64,000 bases of DNA, from assembly GCA_038225655.1 (NCBI GenBank), contig JBBRQY010000003.1, positions 265,323-329,322 of the forward strand, in the 5' to 3' direction. Shown here one piece after another: positions 60,727-64,000 of this stretch (within the stretch, counting starts at the first letter, position 1; each line of letters begins with the position of its first letter). A model generated the notes under the pieces. It saw only the letters and a list, made by a program, of their open reading frames with translations, searched no databases and had not been told where the DNA came from. The DNA is from Phycisphaerales bacterium. GTDB lineage: Bacteria > Planctomycetota > Phycisphaerae > Phycisphaerales > UBA1924. Made by a program: the position numbers and the translations under genes.

Positions 60727-61047
60727 ATGAGCACCTTCGGCTCATCCCCGATCTCCCCCATCCCACCCTCCGCCGCCCAGTCCCTAGCCGGACTGAATCA
60801 GGCCGAGCGTGCCAACAAATCCAACGCCGACGCTAAAAAAACCGTCAAGGCCGAAGGCCGCCGCCGCCAGGCGGACGCCGTCGAACTCGACGTCCAAAAC
60901 GCCCAGGCCGCCGACGCCATCCGCAACCTCAAATCCAACGGCGACGAAGAAACCACCGACGACCGCAAGGGCGAGCAAAAATACGAGCAAGAGGAAGACG
61001 AGCTCCCCACTCCGAAGCCGCGCCCCAAGCTCGACATTCAGGGGTAG
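60727..61047 (+). CDS. small highly charged, probably disordered hypothetical protein
   Basis: 106 aa starting MSTFGSSPISPIPPSAAQSLAGLNQ. No motif recognised. Confidence 0.45.
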   Translation: MSTFGSSPISPIPPSAAQSLAGLNQAERANKSNADAKKTVKAEGRRRQADAVELDVQNAQAADAIRNLKSNGDEETTDDRKGEQKYEQEEDELPTPKPRPKLDIQG

Positions 61048-61127
61048 CGCATCGGGTGTCATGGTGGACGCGTTTCAGACTCCACCACGCCGGAGGATGT
61101 TGCGCCCGAGCAGTCGAGTCGCCGACT

Positions 61128-62453
61128 TTAACTCTGCATTTTCATATTTGAAATCTCAGAGTGCTCCCGGCACATCGCCCCCAGCGCCCCACACGCAAAC
61201 TCCACATCCGCCCCCGTCAGGAACGGCCCTAGCGACAGCCGCACCGCGCCGCTCGCTCCAGCATTGCTCGAGGGGCTTGTGCCAAGCATTTCATGCACCA
61301 GCGGCGCACAGTGCAGCCCCGCCCGCGTCAATATCCCAAACGACGCCTCCAGCACCGCGGCCATCTCCTGCGACGACAGCGACTCGTGCGTGAACGAGAA
61401 GACCCCGACACGCTTCGCAAGATCGAGCGGCCCCAACATCCGCAGCCCCGACGCATTCGCGCACGCCCCGCTCGCCTCCACTCCCAGCAGCTCCAGCATG
61501 AGCCGCATGAGTTCCAGTTCGTGCTCGCGCACCCCACCCACTTTCTCTACTCCCCGCTCCAACAACCACGCCACCCCCTCCGACAGCCCGACAATTCCCA
61601 CCGTGTTGTGCGAACCCGGCTCGTACTTCTCCGGCATCATCTGCGGCTGCGACGGCAGCTCCGAAGTGCTCCCCGTCCCTCCCTCACGAATCGTCTCCAT
61701 CCGCAGCTCCACCCCAGGCCGAATGCACAACCCGCCAGTCCCCGTCGGCCCCATCAATCCTTTGTGCCCCGGAAATGCCAGCAGATCCACACGCATCGCC
61801 CGCATGTCCACGGCGCAATGCCCAAGTGACTGCGCCGCATCCAGCAAAAGCAAAGCCCCATCCGGATCATCGCTCCCCGCCCCAAACTCCGCGCACACGG
61901 CCCCAATCCGCTCCATATCCTGCACCGTCCCCATCACGTTGCTGGCATGATTGATGCACACCAGCACCGTCTCCCCGCGTCGTATCGCCCGCCGTACATC
62001 CTCGGCGTCCACGAGCCCGCTCTTCGGTTCCGCCGCAACAATCGTCCACTCGATCTGCGCATCGCGCTCCTTCATCGCATGCAGCGGCCGCAAAATCGAG
62101 TTGTGCTCCATCATCGTCGTCACCACATGCAGCACCTTGCCCGCTCCCCAGCGTCGCCGCGCTGCCCCCAGCACCCCCTTCACCCCCAGGTTCAACGCAT
62201 CAGTCGTGTTGTACCCAAACACCACCTGATTCCCCGCCGCATTCCCCCGCGAGTCCATCAGATTCACCAGCTTCGCTATCCGCGCCCGACACTGATTGAC
62301 CAGCCGCGCCGACTCCCTCGCCCCCGCATACGTCCCCCGAGCCGGGGCCCCGCTCTCCAGCAAATGCCGACGCATCGCCTCCGCCACCGCCGCCGGCTTG
62401 GGAAAGCTCGTTGCGGCGTTGTCGAAGTATCGAGTTTGAATCTGACCTGTCAT
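61128..62453 (-). CDS. class V aminotransferase / cysteine desulfurase-like protein
   Basis: 'YFDNAATSFPKP', 'HASNVMGTV', 'LLAFPGHKGLMGPTGTGGL' (PLP-lysine region). Start at ATG 62453. Confidence 0.8.
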   Translation of the reverse strand: MTGQIQTRYFDNAATSFPKPAAVAEAMRRHLLESGAPARGTYAGARESARLVNQCRARIAKLVNLMDSRGNAAGNQVVFGYNTTDALNLGVKGVLGAARRRWGAGKVLHVVTTMMEHNSILRPLHAMKERDAQIEWTIVAAEPKSGLVDAEDVRRAIRRGETVLVCINHASNVMGTVQDMERIGAVCAEFGAGSDDPDGALLLLDAAQSLGHCAVDMRAMRVDLLAFPGHKGLMGPTGTGGLCIRPGVELRMETIREGGTGSTSELPSQPQMMPEKYEPGSHNTVGIVGLSEGVAWLLERGVEKVGGVREHELELMRLMLELLGVEASGACANASGLRMLGPLDLAKRVGVFSFTHESLSSQEMAAVLEASFGILTRAGLHCAPLVHEMLGTSPSSNAGASGAVRLSLGPFLTGADVEFACGALGAMCREHSEISNMKMQS

Positions 62454-62805
62454 CAACGAATCGTAGGGGGAGATGGCCCGCAGGAGCCGCTTCACCTTCT
62501 CCAACCGCACCACCGCCAACCTCGCCGCCTGCACCCTCATACTCGGGCAATACATCGATACCGCCAACAACTGCCTGCTCGGCCACAGCCACTGCGACAA
62601 TCACGCCCCAAAAAAACGAGAAACCCCAACCCCCCGCCCTCAAGGCATGCAGATTCATCCAATACATCCACAGGTACAGCACCCTGCTGCCCGCGCGGGT
62701 GACAGGGGCAGCGCGCCTGCCCAACGGGCTCGCCGCGCCCTTCTCCTGTCTTCAAATCCTGAGCAGGCCGCCCCACGCGCGCAACCCCAACCCTCCCAGC
62801 ATCTT

Positions 62806-63741
62806 TCATGCCACCGCAGAAAGTTGCCGGTGGCGGCGAACGCTGATCACTAGATCCGGCGCTGCCGCCGGCGCCGGTGCCGCCGCACGCCCATCCGTGA
62901 ACTTCGCGTTCAGCTTCAACAGCGCACCATCCGCGATCTGCCGGACGCGCTCCCGCGAAACCCCCACCTCCGCGGCAATCTGCTTCAGCGTTAGCGGCTG
63001 CTGTCCCTCCAGCCCGAACCGCAGCCGCAATATCCGCGCTTCGCGCTGGTCAATGGTGTCCAGCAGCCGGTGGATGATTCGAATCTGCTCCGCGTGCAGC
63101 ATCGCATCTTCCGGTGCAACCGTCCGATTATCCGGCAGTAGTTCGCTGAAGTTCATCACCTCGCCATGCTTATCCAGCGGAGCCTGAGACGGTGCAACGA
63201 ACGCATGAACGGCCTTCTTGATGAACCGGGCCTTACGAACGGGAAAACCCATCTCATAAGCAAGCTCATGGATGTGCGGCTCGCGTCCCAGCTCTTTTTC
63301 AAGCTCACGATGCACAAGCTTCCATCGCGTCACGAGGGCCATCATGTACGGCGGAACGTGGATCGGCTGCACCGCATTCACCAGCGCGCGAGAGATCGAC
63401 TGCTTGATCCACCACGAGGCATAGGTCGAGAACCGTGTTCCCTGCGCAGGATCAAACCGATCCACCGCGCGAAGCAGCCCGATGTTCCCTTCCTCCACCA
63501 GGTCCTGAAGCACCAGCCCGCGTCCGCTGTAATGCTTCGCAATCGAGATCACCAGGCGCAGATTCGCCCGAATCATCTGCTCCCGAGCCGCCGCGCAGCG
63601 TTCGTTCACGATCGCCCAACCCAGCGACTGCTCCTCCTCGGCAGTCCGCAGCGGCGCGCCGCGGGTCTGCTTGAAGTACAACTCCAAATCGGAGCACACA
63701 CGCTCTCGCGCGGGTATCCGCTTTATGCGACATTCGATCAT
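62806..63741 (-). CDS. sigma-70 family RNA polymerase sigma factor (RpoD/RpoS-like regions 2-4)
   Basis: '[12 protein letters not shown]', '[18 protein letters not shown]', '[17 protein letters not shown]', '[20 protein letters not shown]'. Start at ATG 63741. Confidence 0.85.
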   Translation of the reverse strand: MIECRIKRIPARERVCSDLELYFKQTRGAPLRTAEEEQSLGWAIVNERCAAAREQMIRANLRLVISIAKHYSGRGLVLQDLVEEGNIGLLRAVDRFDPAQGTRFSTYASWWIKQSISRALVNAVQPIHVPPYMMALVTRWKLVHRELEKELGREPHIHELAYEMGFPVRKARFIKKAVHAFVAPSQAPLDKHGEVMNFSELLPDNRTVAPEDAMLHAEQIRIIHRLLDTIDQREARILRLRFGLEGQQPLTLKQIAAEVGVSRERVRQIADGALLKLNAKFTDGRAAAPAPAAAPDLVISVRRHRQLSAVA

Positions 63742-63863
63742 GATCGGAAATCCTCCAGGCGGACAGGCAAGGTGTGGTCTGGCGGGCTGAGCGCGAAAGA
63801 CACCGGCCCGACGCGCGTGCAAAGCGCCGGGCCGATGCGGTTAGAAATGGTGAGAAATGGGAA

Positions 63864-64000
63864 TCAATCAAGACGCCGAGTGGTAAGGATGGTTCCGTCT
63901 GAATCGGCGACGACCCGGTAGAAATGGCCGTTCTTCATGACCTTGCAGGAGTACGCCTGCTTCCCATCCCACACGGTGCGGCCGACTTCGGCCAGAGGCG
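63864..64000 (-). CDS. C-terminal fragment of a hypothetical (PepSY-like?) protein, 5' end outside the window
   Basis: Manual translation: ...PLAEVGRTVWDGKQAYSCKVMKNGHFYRVVADSDGTILTTRRLD*. Stop codon at 63866-63864. Confidence 0.4.
   Translation of the reverse strand, partial: PLAEVGRTVWDGKQAYSCKVMKNGHFYRVVADSDGTILTTRRLD

Overview
High-GC bacterial chromosome segment. The gene content suggests Planctomycetota, probably Phycisphaerae-like: DUF1559-style prepilin N-termini 'FTLIELLVVIAIIALL', HAF repeats, and C-terminal dockerin-like 'GC' anchors. This placement is an inference. Layout: (1) 1-10143, minus strand, a type IV pilus/T2SS-like operon with four translationally coupled pseudopilin genes, gspF, gspE, pilT and a second gspE/pilB paralog. 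(2) 10.3-33.6 kb, mostly housekeeping and metabolic genes: coaB, an RluA-methyltransferase fusion, a pentaheme cytochrome, an MqnA/D-like gene, purF, rpsD, a PP2C phosphatase, a B12-binding/MeaB fusion, a methylisocitrate-lyase-like gene, citrate synthase, LOG, a sulfotransferase, an RRM protein and an SGNH hydrolase. (3) 33744-49969, a 16.2-kb integrated element at tRNA-Trp, bounded by perfect 44-bp direct repeats. It carries a tyrosine integrase, many small HTH proteins, a ParB-like protein, a divergent switch region, an iteron-like array and two giant ORFan proteins (750 and 1485 aa). By eye it has no capsid, terminase or NTPase. (4) 50-64 kb: an HAF-repeat surface protein, trpB, a HEAT-repeat ORF with an in-frame stop, tandem zinc-ribbon membrane paralogs, mutL, a HIT gene, nadC, fabI, a cysteine desulfurase-like gene and a sigma-70 factor. 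Three themes recur: a heptanucleotide (CCCACAT/ATGTGGG)n element and palindromes inserted in-frame into conserved enzymes; a twin-repeat dockerin-like C-terminal module on three unrelated secreted proteins; and families of intergenic palindromes. No rRNA or CRISPR was seen. Many long ORFs in the track are antisense shadows typical of high-GC DNA.
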